The position numbers and the translations under genes are program-made. From NCBI RefSeq assembly GCF_963921235.1, contig NC_086108.1:95544001-95608000 (forward strand): a stretch of DNA of 64,000 nt, written 5' to 3'. Positions 20,192 to 33,920 of this stretch are shown piece after piece. This DNA is from Mobula hypostoma. Its lineage: Eukaryota. The stretch's first letter is position 1, and every line of letters begins with the position of its first letter. The notes below the pieces were generated by a model. The model did not search any database. It had not been told where the DNA came from and saw only the letters and a list, made by a program, of their open reading frames with translations.

Positions 20192-23100
20192 AATTAAAGC
20201 GGCTAGGTGTGAGGAGGTTAGTTCACAACAGAGGGATGGGAACCAGTGCAGAGAGACAGAGGGGTGTAAAGTGAGCGTAGAAGCAAAAAGTACAAAGGGG
20301 AAAAGTAAAAGTGGCAGGCCGACAAATCCAGGGCAAGCATTAAAAAGGGCTAAGAGAGTTGTAAAAGAGTGCCTGAAGGCTTTATGTGTCAATGCAAGGA
20401 GCATTCGTAATAAGGTGGATGAATTGAAAGTGCAGATTGTTATTAATGATTATGATATAGTTGGGATCACAGAGACATGGCTCCAGGGTGACCAGGGATG
20501 GGAGCTCAACGTTCAGGGATATTCAATATTCAGGAGGGATAGACACGAAGGAAGGGGAGGTGGGGTGGCGTTGCTGGTTAATAAAGAGATTAACGCAATA
20601 GAAAGGAAGGACATAAGCCGGGAAGATGTGGAATCGATATGGGTAGAGCTGCGTAACACTAAGGGGCAGAAGACGCTGCTGGGAGTTGTGTACAGGCCAC
20701 CTAACAGTAGTAGTGAGGTCGGAGATGGTATTAAACAGGAAATTAGAAATGTGTGCAATAAAGGAACAGCAGTTATAATGGGTGACTTCAATCTACATGT
20801 AGACTGGGTGAACCAAATTGGTAAAGGTGCTGAGGAAGAGGATTTCTTGGAATGTATGCGGGATGGTTTTTTGAACCAACATGTCGAGGAACCGACTAGA
20901 GAGCAGGCTATTCTGGACTGGGTTTTGAGCAATGAGGAAGGGTTAATTAGCGATCTTGTCGTGAGAGGCCCCTTGGGTAAGAGTGACCATAATATGGTGG
21001 AATTCTTCATTAACATGGAGAGTGACGTAGTTAATTCAGAAACAAAGGTTCTGAACTTAAAGAGGGGTAACTTTGAAGGTATGAGACATGAATTAGCTAA
21101 GATAGACTGGCAAATGACACTTCAAGGATTGACGGTGGATATGCAATGGCAGGCATTTAAAGGTTGCATGGATGAACTACAACAATTGTTCATCCCAGTT
21201 TGGCAAAAGAATAAATCAAGGAAGGTAGTGCACCCGTGGCTGACAAGAGAAATTAGGGATAGTATCAATTCCAAAGAAGTAGCATACAAATTAGCCAGAG
21301 AAAGTGGCTCACCTGAGGACTGGGAGAAATTCAGAGTTCAGCAGAGGAGGACAAAGGGCTTAATTAGGAAGGGGAAAAAAGATTATGAGAGAAAACTGGC
21401 AGAGAACATAAAAACGGACTGTAAAAGCTTTTATAGATATGTAAAAAGGAAAAGACTGATAAAGACAAATGTAGGTCCCCTGCAAACAGAAACAGGTGAA
21501 TTGATTATGGGGAGCAAGGACATGGCAGACCAATTGAATAATTACTTTGGTTCTGTCTTCACTAAGGAGGACATAAATAATCTTCCAGAAATAGTAAGGG
21601 ACAGAGGGTCCAGTGAGATGGAGGAACTGAGCGAAATACATGTTAGTAGGGAAGTGGTGTTAGGTAAATTGAAGGGATTGAAGGCAGATAAATCCCCAGG
21701 GCCAGATGGTCTGCATCCCAGAGTGCTTAAGGAAGTGGCCCAAGAAATAGTGGATGCATTAGTGATAATTTTTCAAAACTCGTTAGATTCTGGACTAGTT
21801 CCTGAGGATTGGAGGGTGGCTAATGTAACCCCACTTTTTAAAAAAGGAGGGAGAGAGAAACCGGGGAATTATAGGCCGGTTAGCCTAACGTCGGTGGTGG
21901 GGAAACTGCTGGAGTCAGTTATCAAGGATGTGATAACAGCACATTTGGAAAGCGGTGAAATGATCGGACAAAGTCAGCATGGATTTGTGAAAGGAAAATC
22001 ATGTCTGACGAATCTCATAGAATTTTTTGAGGATGTAACTAGTAGAGTGGATAGGGGAGAACCAGTGGATGTGGTATATTTGGATTTTCAAAAGGCTTTT
22101 GACAAGGTCCCACATAGGAGATTAGTGTGCAAACTTAAAGCACACGGTATTGGGGGTAAGGTATTGGTGTGGGTGGAGAATTGGTTAGCAGACAGGAAGC
22201 AAAGAGTGGGAATAAACGGGACCTTTTCAGAATGGCAGGCGGTGACTAGTGGGGTACCGCAAGGCTCAGTGCTGGGACCCCAGTTGTTTACAATATATAT
22301 TAATGACTTGGATGAGGGAATTAAATGCGGCATCTCCAAGTTTGCGGATGACACGAAGCTGGGTGGCAGTGTTAGCAGTGAGGAGGATGCTAAGAGGATG
22401 CAGGGTGACTTGGATAGGTTGGGTGAGTGGGCAAACTCATGGCAGATGCAATTTAATGTGGATAAATGTGAAGTTATCCACTTTGGTGGCAAAAATAGGA
22501 AAACAGATTATTATCTGAATGGTGGCCGATTAGGAAAAGGGGAGGTGCAACGAGACCTGGGTGTCATTATACACCAGTCATTGAAAGTGGGCATGCAGGT
22601 ACAGCAGGCGGTGAAAAAGGCGAACGGTATGCTGGCATTTATAGCGAGAGGATTCGAGTACAGGAGCAGGGAGGTACTACTGCAGTTGTACAAGGCCTTG
22701 GTGAGACCACACCTGGAGTATTGTGTGCAGTTTTGGTCCCCTAATCTGAGGAAAGACATCTTTGCCATAGAGGGAGTACAAAGAAGGTTCACCAGATTGA
22801 TTCCTGGGATGGCAGGTCTTTCATATGAAGAAAGACTGGATGAACTGGGCTTGTACTCGTTGGAATTTAGAAGATTGAGGGGGGATCTGATTGAAACGTA
22901 TAAGATCCTAAACGGATTGGACAGGCTAGATGCAGGAAGATTGTTCCCGATGTTGGGGAGGTCTAGAACGAGGGGTCACAGTTTGAGGATAGAGGGGAAG
23001 CCTTTTAGGACCGAGGTTAGGAAAAACTTCTTCACACAGAGAGTGGTGAATCTGTGGAATTCTCTGCCACAGCAAACTGTTGAGGCCAGTTCATTAGCTA

Positions 23101-23266
23101 TGTTTAAAAGGAAGTTAGATATGGCCCTTGTGGCTACAGGGGTCAGGGGGTATGGAGGGAAGGCTGGATTCTGAGTTGGATGATCAGCCATGATCATAAT
23201 AAATGGCGGTGCAGGCTCGAAGGGCCGAATGGCCTACTCCTGCACCTATTTTCTATGTTTCTATGT
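20192..23266 (+). mobile_element. Young CR1 LINE starting just downstream of ORF1, with intact ORF2 (20271..23174)
   Basis: 967-aa ORF almost identical to 10234..13233; same 3'UTR and tail. Confidence 0.97.
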
Positions 23267-23275
23267 CTTATTATA

Positions 23276-24885
23276 CGGTGCCTATAAAAAGTATTCACCC
23301 TCCTTGGAAGTTTTCATGTTTTATAATATTGAACCAGAGCGGATATAATCTGTTTTTTTACACTGATCAACAGAAAAGACTCCTTTGTGTCAAAGTGAAA
23401 CAATTTCTACAAATTGGTCTAAATTTATTGCAATTATTAAACACAAAATAATTGATTGCATAAATACTCACCCCCTTCAAGTCAGTACTTTTGGCAGCAA
23501 TTACAGCCCTGAGTCTGTGTGAATAGGTCTCCATCAGCTTTGCACATCTGGACACTGCAATTTTTCCCCATTCCTCTGTACAAAACTGCTTAAGCTCTGT
23601 CAGATTGCATGGGGGTCATGAGTGCGCAGTCCTTTTCAAGTCCAGCCATAAATTCTCATTTGGATTGAAGTCTGGACTCCGACTTGGCCACACCAGGACA
23701 TTAACTTTGTTGTTTTTAAGCTATTCCTTTGTAGCTTTGGCTTAATGCTTGGGATCATTGCCTTGCTGGTAAACAAGTCTTCTCCCAGGTCGCAGTTCTC
23801 TTGCAGAATGCATCAGGTTTTCCTCCAGGATTTTCCTGTATTTTGCTGCATTCATTTTACCCTCTACCTTCACAAGCTTTCCAGAGTCTACTGCAGTGAA
23901 GCAGCCCCACAGCATGATGCAGCCACTACCATGCGTCACAATAGGGATGGCGTGTTTCTGATGATGTGCGGTGTTTGGCTTACACGAAACATAGCGTTTA
24001 GTCTGATGGCTAAAAGGTTCAATTTTGGTTTCATCAGACCATAGAACCTTCTCCCAGCTGACTTCAGAGTCTCCCACATACCTTCTGGCAAACTCTAGTC
24101 ATGATTTCATGTGAGATTTTTCAACAGTGGCTTTCTCTTTGCTACTCTCCCATAAAGCTGCGACAGGTGAAGCACCGGGCAACAGCTGTTGTATGCACCA
24201 TCCTTCCCATCTCAGCCACTGAAGTTTGTAACTCCTCCAGAGTTGTCATAGGTCTCTTGGTGGCCTCCCTCACTAGTACCCTTCTTGCACGGTCACTCAG
24301 TTTATGAGGACAGCCTGCTCTAGCTAGACTTACAGCTGTGTCATATTCTTTCCATTTCTTGATGACTGACTTAACTGTACCCCAAGGGATATTCAATGAC
24401 ATGGAAATTTTCTTGTATCCATCTCCTGACTTGTGCCTTTCAATAACCTTTTTGCAGAGTTGTTTGGAGTGTTCTTTTGTCTTCATGGTGTAGTTTTCGC
24501 CAGGATACTGACTCTCCAGCAGCTGGATCTTCCAGATACAGATGTATTTTTACTACAGTCAATTGAAACACCTTGACGGCACACAGGTCTCCAAAAACCA
24601 GATCTCCATTTAACTAATTATGCGACTTCAAACACCAGTTGGCTGCACCAGTGATGATTTGCTGTGTCATATTAAAGGAGATAAATACTTATGTAATCAA
24701 TTATTTTGTATTTTATATTTGTAATTAATTTGGATCACTTTGTAGAGATCTGTTTTCACTTTGACATGGAAGTCTTTTTCTGTTGATCAGTGTCCAAAAA
24801 AAGCCAAATTAAACCCACTGTGATTCAATGTTGTAAAACAAAAAAAAAGACTTCTAAGGCGGGTGAAAACTTTTTATAGGCACTG
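23276..24885 (-). mobile_element. Tc1-family DNA transposon (~1.6 kb, ~200-bp TIRs) with decayed transposase
   Basis: TA|cggtgcctataaaaag ... ctttttataggcactg|TA; ORFs 24142..24486 (HTH, GDGYKKIS) and 23742..24077 (VLWSDETKIE, MLWGCF, QQGNDPKH). Confidence 0.95.
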
Positions 24886-24994
24886 TATTCTTTACTTGAG
24901 TGCAGTGCAGGAGAATGACTGTAAAGAGTCAGTCCCACCATGTGGCACTCAATATTAGAAGTGCTCAGCTATCTATCACAGTGAATCTCAGATA

Positions 24995-26695
24995 CAAGAC
25001 CATAAGATATAGGAGCAGAAGTAGGCCATTCAGCCCATCGGGTCTGCTCTGCCATTCAATCATGGGCTGATCCAATTCTTCCAGTCATCCCCACTGGCCT
25101 GCTTTCACCCCATACCCTTTGATGCCCTGGCTAATCAAGAACCTATCTATCTCTGCCTTAAATACACCTAATGACTTGGCCGCCACAGCTGCTCGTGGCA
25201 ACAAATTCCGCAGATTTACCACCCACTGACTAAAGTAATTTCTCCGCATCTCAGTTCCTCAAGGACGTCCTTCAATCCTGAAGTCGTGCCCTCTTGTCCT
25301 AGAATCCCCTACCATGGGAAATAACTTTGCTATATCTAATCTATTCAGGCCTTTTAACATTCAGAATGTTTCTATGAGATCCCCCCTCATTCTCCTGAAC
25401 TCTAGGGAATACAGCCCAAGAGCTGCCAGATGTTCCTCATACAGTATCCCTTCTAAAATAAGGAGGCCAAAACTGCACACAATACTCCAAGTGTGGTCTC
25501 ACAAGTGCCTTAAAGAGCCTCAACATCACATCCCTGCTCTTATATTCTATACCTCTAGAAATGAATGTCAACATTGCATCTGCCTTCTTCACCACTGACT
25601 CAACTTGGAGGTTAACCTTTAGGGTATCTTGCACAAGGACTCCCAAGTCCCTTTGCATCTCTGCATTTTGAATTCTCTCCTCATCTAAATAATAGTCTGC
25701 CCGGTTATTTCTTCCACCAAAGTGCGTGGCCATACACTTTCCAACATCGTATTTCATTTGCCACTTCTTTGCCCATTCCCCTAAACTATCGAAGTCTCTC
25801 TGCAGGCTCTCTGTTTCCTCAACACTACCCGCTCCTCCACCTATCTTTGTATCATCGGCAAATTTAGCCACAAATCCATTAATACCGTAGTCCAAGTCAT
25901 TGACATACATCGTAAAAAGCAGCGGTCCCAACACTGACCCCTGTGGAACTCCACTGGTAACCGGCAGCCAGCCAGAATAGGGTTCCTTTATACCCACTCT
26001 CTGTTTTCTGCCGACCAGCCAATTCTCCACCCACGCTAGTAACTTCCCTGTAATTCCATGGGCTCTTATCTTGCTAAGCAGCCTCATGTGCAGCACCTTG
26101 TCAAAGGCCTTCTGAAAATCCAAGTACACCACGTCTATTGCATCTCCTTTGTCTACCCTGCTTGTAATTTCCTCAAAGAATTTTAGTGGGTTTGTCAGGC
26201 AGGATTTTCCTTTCAGGAAACCATGCTGGCTTTGGCCTATCTTGTCATCTGCCTCCAGGTACTGTGTAATCTCATCCCTAACAATCAGTTCCAACAACTT
26301 CCCAACCACTGATGTCAGGCTAACAGAAAGTTTCCTTTCTGCTACCTCCCACCCTTCTTAAATAGCGGAGTAACATTTGCAATTTTCTGGTCATCCGGTA
26401 CAATGCCTGAATCTATAGATTCTTGAAAGATTATCATTAATGCCTCCGCAATCTCTCCAGCTACTTCCTTCAGGACCCGAGGGTGCATTCCATCAGGTCC
26501 AGGAGATTTTCACTTCATAAACTTCACTTCCCTGACACTCTTGAATGTCCGGTATACTACAGGCGTCTTCCACTGTGAAGACTGATGCAAAATATTCATT
26601 CAGTTCCTCTGCCATCTCTGCATCTCTCATTACAATATCTCCAGCATCATTTTGTATTGGTCCTACCCTTGACTCTCTTTTACCCTTTATATAAA
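24995..26695 (-). mobile_element. CR1 LINE of another subfamily, 5'-truncated and degenerate
   Basis: ORF 25437..26309 is RT (GVPQGSVLGP, KFADD); aagaccataaga tail. Confidence 0.9.
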
Positions 26696-28004
26696 GAACA
26701 GAGTGATATACTATGTAAATGCGGGTCAAGGATTTTATGGAGGGGGGAATGTGAGCAAAATAAAAAAAAAACTGAGATTCATGTAAATCGGTGCTTGATT
26801 CTGGGTAACTATATTACTCCATGACAATATTCCAGATGCAATTTCACAAAGGCATCATTTAATTAGACCATATCTCTTTGTTCTTTATTCAAATCTTCTG
26901 ACAATAAAGGCTGGCATACAGTACTGTTGGTCTCCCTAACTGTCTGCTGAAACTCAATGTTACCTTTCAGTGAATGATCTACAGACACACTCAGGGTCCT
27001 TTGTACATTAATTTCTTTCAATACTTTTCAATACTCCGCTTTATATTTTTCTACATTATATTCCACCTCCTTGTCAATGTCTATTGCTTAACTTGCCTCT
27101 CTCACCCTCAGACCACTATGCATCCTCCTCATATACCATATTTCTACCTGCATTGCATAATCAGCAAATCTTGATCCGTTTGTTCAAATTATTAATTTAC
27201 ACTGTACAGTCTCGAACCAAAAAATCATCAGTCTAATTTAGGTCTGTTTCTGTCCATAATGACACATTAACTTCAATGTCCTACATTCTATTGGTGACCT
27301 CCCTGTGGCACCTTATCAAAGACCTTGAGAAAGACAAAATACATCACATCAACTGGTTCACCTATATCTATCCTTGGTTACCAACACCCTCAAAAAATCC
27401 AAGAGATTTATCTAATATTATTCTTATAATTCATGACAACTGTACCTACTTCAATTTTTATTTTCCAGGGTGCCTGATTACCACTTTCTTTATAACAGAT
27501 CCCATTTTTTCTTGGGAGAATAGAAATAGCACCGAAAATTGGAACACATGAAATTTAAATTCTGATATACTGAATCAGCACAGAGATGAGCAATGGAAGC
27601 AAAAGTCTCAGGTCAGGGTTAAATGAAGTTACAACTGTTTAGTTTTACTTGAGATAGTGGTTTTGGAGTTAAGATTGAATGAATGGCAAGGATAGGCCAT
27701 TTTCATCAGGTGATCAATTTGGTCTCGGTTTTACTAAGCAAAAACTCATGAATCTGCTACTTTTCCTTTTGTTGGAAAGAGTGGAGACAGCAAAGGAAAG
27801 AAGTTATAGTGGAAAAAAAATATTGCTGACTGTTTACTTTTGCTGTCCATGATGAATCTGTCGAAGTTTTGGCTGAGAAAAGTTAGGCCTAAGTTTTCTC
27901 AAGGTAATCCAGGAATGGCTGTCCGCTTCAGCTGTTAAACACAGATGCACATTATCTATCAGCATTTGCATTCTCATGTACAATTTCAGAGTCAAATCAC
28001 TTAC

Positions 28005-28085
28005 CTGAAGGTTTTTACAAGGCTATTTAGTTCGGAAAATATGTCAGACATCGAAAGTTGAAAAGGTGCCAGTAACTTGGGTAAG
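28005..28085 (-). CDS. RPAP2: RPAP2 coding exon (81 bp), LPKLLAPFQLSMSDIFSELNSLVKTF(R)
   Basis: tttctag acceptor and gtaagt donor; LP.LL.P.Q....DI...L..LV.TFR motif; phase 2/2. Confidence 0.92.
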
Positions 28086-29689
28086 CTAGAAATAAAAGAT
28101 ATAACCTTTTATAATTGCTGTCAAATTCTCTATGAAGATTTCAGAGAATCTTGAAATTTACAACTGTTTCCATGCGAAATACCACAACAAGCAAGAGAAT
28201 ATTAATATTCCATCAAATCAGTTCTCTCACAGGCAGTGTGATTTTAAAAAATATCTAATTTTAAGGTGGACAAAGTTGCTACATTTGAAAGTTTTGATTT
28301 TGGCAATTTTGGCATATTAAATTCACTTCTGAAAATACTGGTGATACTATTAGAGAATTGCAATGAATTTTATTTTGAGTTATTCAGGAGAAAATGGGCT
28401 TAATCCCAAAGAACAAACATTTTAATCACTATCAATTCTCCACTAATAGAAAAGCCCAATTTTAAAGTCGCCAAAAATGAGTTTTACTTAAAATTAATTT
28501 TCGGGACTTTGGCAAAACCTGTATTTACTACCCATTCTAAATTGCTCTTGAGAAGATGACAATGAGCTGCCTTCTTTAATCACTGCAGTCTCCTGGTGTT
28601 TGGGGTAAGGAGTGCCAGAATTTGCATGCAGTCATGATGAACAGCTCCTTTTCCAGGTTAGGACGATGTGAGACTTGGAAGGGAAAATGCTGGTGATACA
28701 CGTACTGTCCTTGTGACATACTGTCAGAGTAGTCTGGGTGAGCAAGTGCAGTGTATTTCATAAGAAGTGGTAGCAGTAGTTACAATGCCTCGAGCAGAGT
28801 ATGATGTTCTCCTAAGGGGTGTCTCTGGGATGTTTGGATGCATTCCCTTAATGGAGAACGCTTGTGTATCACTTTTGTTTAACGTGGGGAGGCTGATGCA
28901 CGGTCTTTGACAGATCAGGGTCAGGGTCCAGCGGCATGAAATGCAAGATGACTGGGGATTCTTCACTGCTGCAGCCTTCCTCCTCCTTCACTAACGTTAT
29001 GATGTGTCATCATCTTCCACCAGCTCTGTCACTGAGGTCTTGGTTAGATCCCTCTTTGACCTTACCACCATGGGTAACCCTACCGGGCGCTAAGCCCCAA
29101 ATGGCTAAATTCCAACCTGTATTTCTCGCAGGATCTCAGGGACTCATAAGCTTCTCCACCACAACAAGGTGACGATCTTCAGAGCCACTACCCAGCTACA
29201 TCATGGGGTAATTTACAATAGCCACCTCTACTATAGCCAATATGTGGCTGTGCTGGAGGTGGCTATTGTGAATTACCCTTTGGCGCAGTTAGGTGGCAGA
29301 AGGAGGAGTTGACGAACACATAATAGAGAAGACTGATGGCTCTGAGGGAGCTAGTATGGATTCAGTGGGCTGAAATACCTTCTTCTTTGCTATAGTAAGT
29401 AAAAACTAACCCTTAATAATTACATAGCATTACTGTGGTAAGATTATATCAGAATCAAAACATTCCATCAAAAGTTTAAAACATTCTTGCTGTCAACCAT
29501 TTTTTTAAAAGAGCATCTTCATAGACCCACAAAGCAATGCAATTAGTAAAGTTTCCTAAAGGTTATTAATTTACCTTGGGAGACATCCAGCTTTCCGAAT
29601 TTAAAATTCAGTATCTTTCAAATAAAACAAGATCATAAATTATGCTGGAACTAACTTGTGCTGAGAATACTGCCAGTTAAAATCCAGTA

Positions 29690-30701
29690 CAGGTTAAGCA
29701 TCCCTTATCTGAAATGCTTAGGGCTGGAAGTGCTTCGGATTTTGGATTTTTTTGTATTTGGAATATTTACATTTATATAATGAGATACGTTGAGGATGGG
29801 ACCCAACTCTGAACATGAAATCGGTGTGAACAGTCTGCAGTTGGAGCACAGTCTGACACGATGTAGCTGTGTTCTCAACAGACTGTCAGTTGAATGACCA
29901 CCTCCAACTACATTACTACCGGGTTCCAGCACTGTGATTGGCTTCATATCTGCCATCAATTTCAAACAGCTGTCCTTACCGCAGCAAGTATGATGGGGGG
30001 GGGGGGGGATAGTTTTAATTCATATTTTAAATAATTTTGTGCATGAAACAATAATGTGTAAATTGAACCACCAAAAAGGTAAGCTATCACTACCTCAGTT
30101 GCCCAGGTGGACAGTCAGTGGCTTTTCGGCATCTTCTTCATTGCTGTTCCTGAATTTATGTGCTTCTGGTAAGCAGTCTTTGTCTTACACTTGTTCATTC
30201 AGCATGTTAAATTTTCATCAGCGACGATCTTGGCAAACTCATCAATGAATTTCGCTGCTGCTTTGTGATCAGCAGAAGAGATATCACCAAAAATCTTTAA
30301 AAATTTAATTCCGTCCTTTTTCTTAAATTTCTGCTACCAGCCTGCAGAATATTCACAATTACATTCAGTTCATCATGATAGCTCTTTGCTTGTTTCATAA
30401 TCAGCATACAAGTGGCACATGTTCACTCCGACGTTGACGAATCCACTCTTTCAATACACAATTGAGATCTTCATTTTTCGCCTTATGAAGTGTTTTACTA
30501 TTTTTCATTATCTACTGTTTAGTACATATGTGAAGTCACTTCTCAGAACTGTCTGTGGTGTGTAGAGACCTGCGCATCATCCAGGAACCTTCCCAGCGCC
30601 TTGTGGAATTTTCCATTTGTGACGTCATGTCAGCACCCAAAAAATGTAGCATTTTGGAGGTTTTTGGAATTGGAAATTTCAGATAAAGGGTGCTCAACCT
30701 A
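29690..30701 (-). mobile_element. Tigger/pogo-family DNA transposon derivative (Tigger4/Zombi-like termini)
   Basis: TA|caggttaagcatcccttatctgaaat ... atttcagataaagggtgctcaaccta|TA; minus strand at about 30420-30500 encodes KTLHKAKNEDLNCVLKEWIRQRRSEH (CENP-B-type HTH). Confidence 0.85.
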
Positions 30702-30951
30702 TAGAAACTCTTGGAACTGCATTTTTTAATGCATAAGAATAATAGTAATTTCTAGAAAGACAACAAAACAAAGATATAAGCTACAACATTAGTAGCTGCT
30801 GTCTCCTAGCTGAAAATGGTATGAAAATGAAGGAGACAGAAACAGAATAGTTCAACAGACAGCAAATATATATATGCATTTTTGTAACAGATATGGAGAC
30901 ACAAGAGATAGCAGAAGTTGGAATCCAGGGCAAAAAGCAAAATACCGGTGG

Positions 30952-32114
30952 AAGGTCCCACACAGGAGATTAGTGTGCAAACTTAAAGCACACGGTATTG
31001 GGGGTAAAGTATTGATGTGGATGGAGAATTGGTTGGCAGACAGGAAGCAAAGAGTGGGAATAAACGGGACCTTTTCAGAATGGCAGGCAGTGACTAGTGG
31101 GGTACCACAAGGCTCAGTGCTGGGACCCCAGTTGTTTACAATATATATTAATGACTTGGATGAGGGAATTAAATGCAGCATCTCCAAGTTTGCGGATGAC
31201 ACGAAGCTGGGCGGCAGTGTTAGCTGTGAGGAGGATGCTAAGAGGATGCAGGGTGACTTGGATAGGTTAGGTGAGTGGGCAAATTCATGGCAGATGCAAT
31301 TTAATGTGGATAAATGTGAAGTTATCCACTTTGGTGGCAAAAACAGGAAAACAGATCATTATCTGAATGGTGGCTGACTAGGAAAAGGGGAGGTGCAACG
31401 AGACCTGGGTGTCATTATACACCAGTCATTGAAAGTGGGCATGCAGGTACAGCAGGCAGTGAAAAAGGCGAATGGTATGCTGGCATTTATAGCGAGAGGA
31501 TTCGAGTACAGGAGCAGGGAGGTACTACTGCAGTTGTACAAGGCCTTGGTGAGACCACACCTGGAGTATTGTGTGCAGTTTTGGTCCCCTAATCTGAGGA
31601 AAGACATCCTTGCCATAGAGGGAGTACAAAGAAGGTTCACCAGATTGATTCCTGGGATGGCAGGACTTTCATATGATGAAAGACTGGATGAACTAGGCTT
31701 ATACTCGTTGGAATTTAGAAGATTGAGGGGGGATCTGATTGAAATGTATAAAATCCTAAAGGGATTGGACAGGCTAGATGCAGGAAGATTGTTCCCGATG
31801 TTGGGGAAGTCCAGAACGAGGGGTCACAGTTTGAGGATAAAGGGGAAGCCTTTTAGTACTGAGATGAGGAAAAACTTCTTCACACAGAGAGTGGTGAAAT
31901 TCTCTGCCACAGGAAACAGTTGAGGCCAGTTCATTGGCTATATTTAAGAGGGAGTTAGATATGGCCCTTGTGGCTAAAGGGATCGGGGTATGGAGGGAAG
32001 GCGGGTACAGGGTTCTGAGTTGGATGATCAGCCATGATCATACTGAATGGCGGTGCAGGCTCGAAGGGCCGAATGGCCTACTCCTGGACCTATTTTCTAT
32101 GTTTCTATGTTTCT
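30952..32114 (+). mobile_element. 5'-truncated CR1 (close relative of the young family, with stop and indels), inserted in an old Penelope pLTR remnant
   Basis: ORFs 30874..31377 and 31393..31923; (tttctatg)n tail; pLTR-like flanks (acacaagagatagcagaagttggaatcc; attcaggagg). Confidence 0.9.
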
Positions 32115-32164
32115 AATTCAGGAGGTGAAGCAATAGACCCCAATCAGTGAGGATATGCAGCAAT

Positions 32165-33920
32165 ACCTCCACCATGGTTATTCTCAACACCTTATAAGAC
32201 TGTATCCTTAGCCCCCGACTCTACTCCCTGTACACTCAGAACAGCATGCTCTAACTACATAAACAAGTATGCATATGATACCACCAGAGTGGGCCATTTC
32301 TCATATAATGCTGAGTTGAAGTACAGGAAAGAGACAGAGAGCCTAATGACATGGGGTCATATCAATAATCTTTCCCTCAATGTCAAAAAAAAAAGAGCTG
32401 GTCAGAAAGGGGGTGGTGCACATGCTGGTGGTTTACATGAACTCAGGTTGACAGTGTTGAGATTTTCAAGTTCCTAGGAGTAAACATTACCAACATCTTG
32501 TCCTGGTCCAACCACGTTGAAGCCACAGCCAAAAAAGCTCATCGGTGCTTCTGCTTTCTCAGGAGGCTAAAGAAATTCGTTGTGTCCCCTTTGACCCTCA
32601 CTAATTTTTATCGATGTATCATAGGAAGCATCTTAGCCAGTTGCTTCACAGCTTGGTATGACAACTGCTCCACCCTTACAAGAGAAACTGCAGAATTGTG
32701 GACACAGCTCAGCACATCCTGGAAACAAATGTTTTCTCCACAGACCCTGTCATTCTTGCTGCCTATGTAAAGCAGCTAGCGTATCCAAAGCTCCACCCAC
32801 CCCAGACATTTCTCACTTCTCCCCCATCCCATTGGGCAGGAGATACAAAAGCCTGAAAGTGCGTATCACAGGTTCAACGGTAGTTTTTATCCCACTTTTA
32901 TAAGAGTATTGAATGTTTCCCTAGTACGATAAGATGGACTCTTCACCTCACAATCCACCTCAGCGCGCGTGGCCACTTCGGTAGTGATGTCTGTTATCTG
33001 TCGAGTAGGGGACCGTGCACAATTCTGATTTGATGGAGACAGACATGAGAGTACGGAGGAACATCTGGAAAACTTCTGAAATGCCCGCTTCACTGCTGCT
33101 GCTACTGTGTGGTAACTGGAATCTCCAGAGCTGAAGGCCCCGAAATCCTCGGCTTTGAGTGTTTCAGCGGCCGGGGGGAGGTCGAAGGTGCTCAGCAGAG
33201 GATGGTGCTCGGGAGGCTGTATTGGAGGGGCTGGTTGGAAACTCGAAGTTTTCGGACGGATGGACTCAGTGTCGGCTGTGGTCGGCTGCTTCCAAGGCAA
33301 CGGCAAGTTGACGGTGCCTGGAGGTTTATGGCAGGGAGTTTCTCCCTTTTGCCGCCTGCTATCGGGGACTCAGGAGTCGATCGACTTGGGGACTTTGAGA
33401 CTATTTTTACCGTGCCCATGGTTTGTTCTTCATCAAATTATGGTATTGCTTTGCACTGCTGTAACTATATGTTATAATTATGTGGTTCCGTCAGTGTCAG
33501 TCTTTGGTTTGTCCTGTTTTCTGTGATATCACTCCGGAGAAACATTGTATCATTTCTTAATGCATGTATGCATTTCTAAATGACAAAAAAAAGAGGACTG
33601 AGTGTTCTCATAACCTAATCTAATTGTGATCTGGCACCTTACTGTCGACCTGCACTGCATCTTCTCTGTACTGTAACACTTTATTCTGCACTTGTTATTG
33701 TTTTACCTCATGCCACCTTAATGCACCATTGTAATCAATTGAGTGGTGTGGATGGTATGAAAGTCAAGTTTTTCACTGTAACACACACAAAATGATGAAG
33801 GAATTCAACTGGCCAGGTAGCATTTATGGATTGGAATGAACAGTTGACATTTCAGGACAAGACCCATTGCTTTGGATTTCCAGCAACTACAGAATCACTG
33901 TACCTCGGTGCATGTGACAA
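32165..33920 (+). mobile_element. Old Rex1-like LINE fragment interrupted by a LINE-3'UTR-like insert (~32965-33625) and a small Penelope remnant (33781-33894)
   Basis: LNVKK, FLRRLKKF and LTNFYRCII remnants; the insert resembles 2324-2915; tcactgta TSD at 33773-33780 and 33895-33902. Confidence 0.7.

Noticed and set aside
23266..23276. CR1-Tc1 composite element
   Set aside because: The Tc1 has its own TA TSD and is far more decayed than the CR1; adjacency is best explained by independent insertion.
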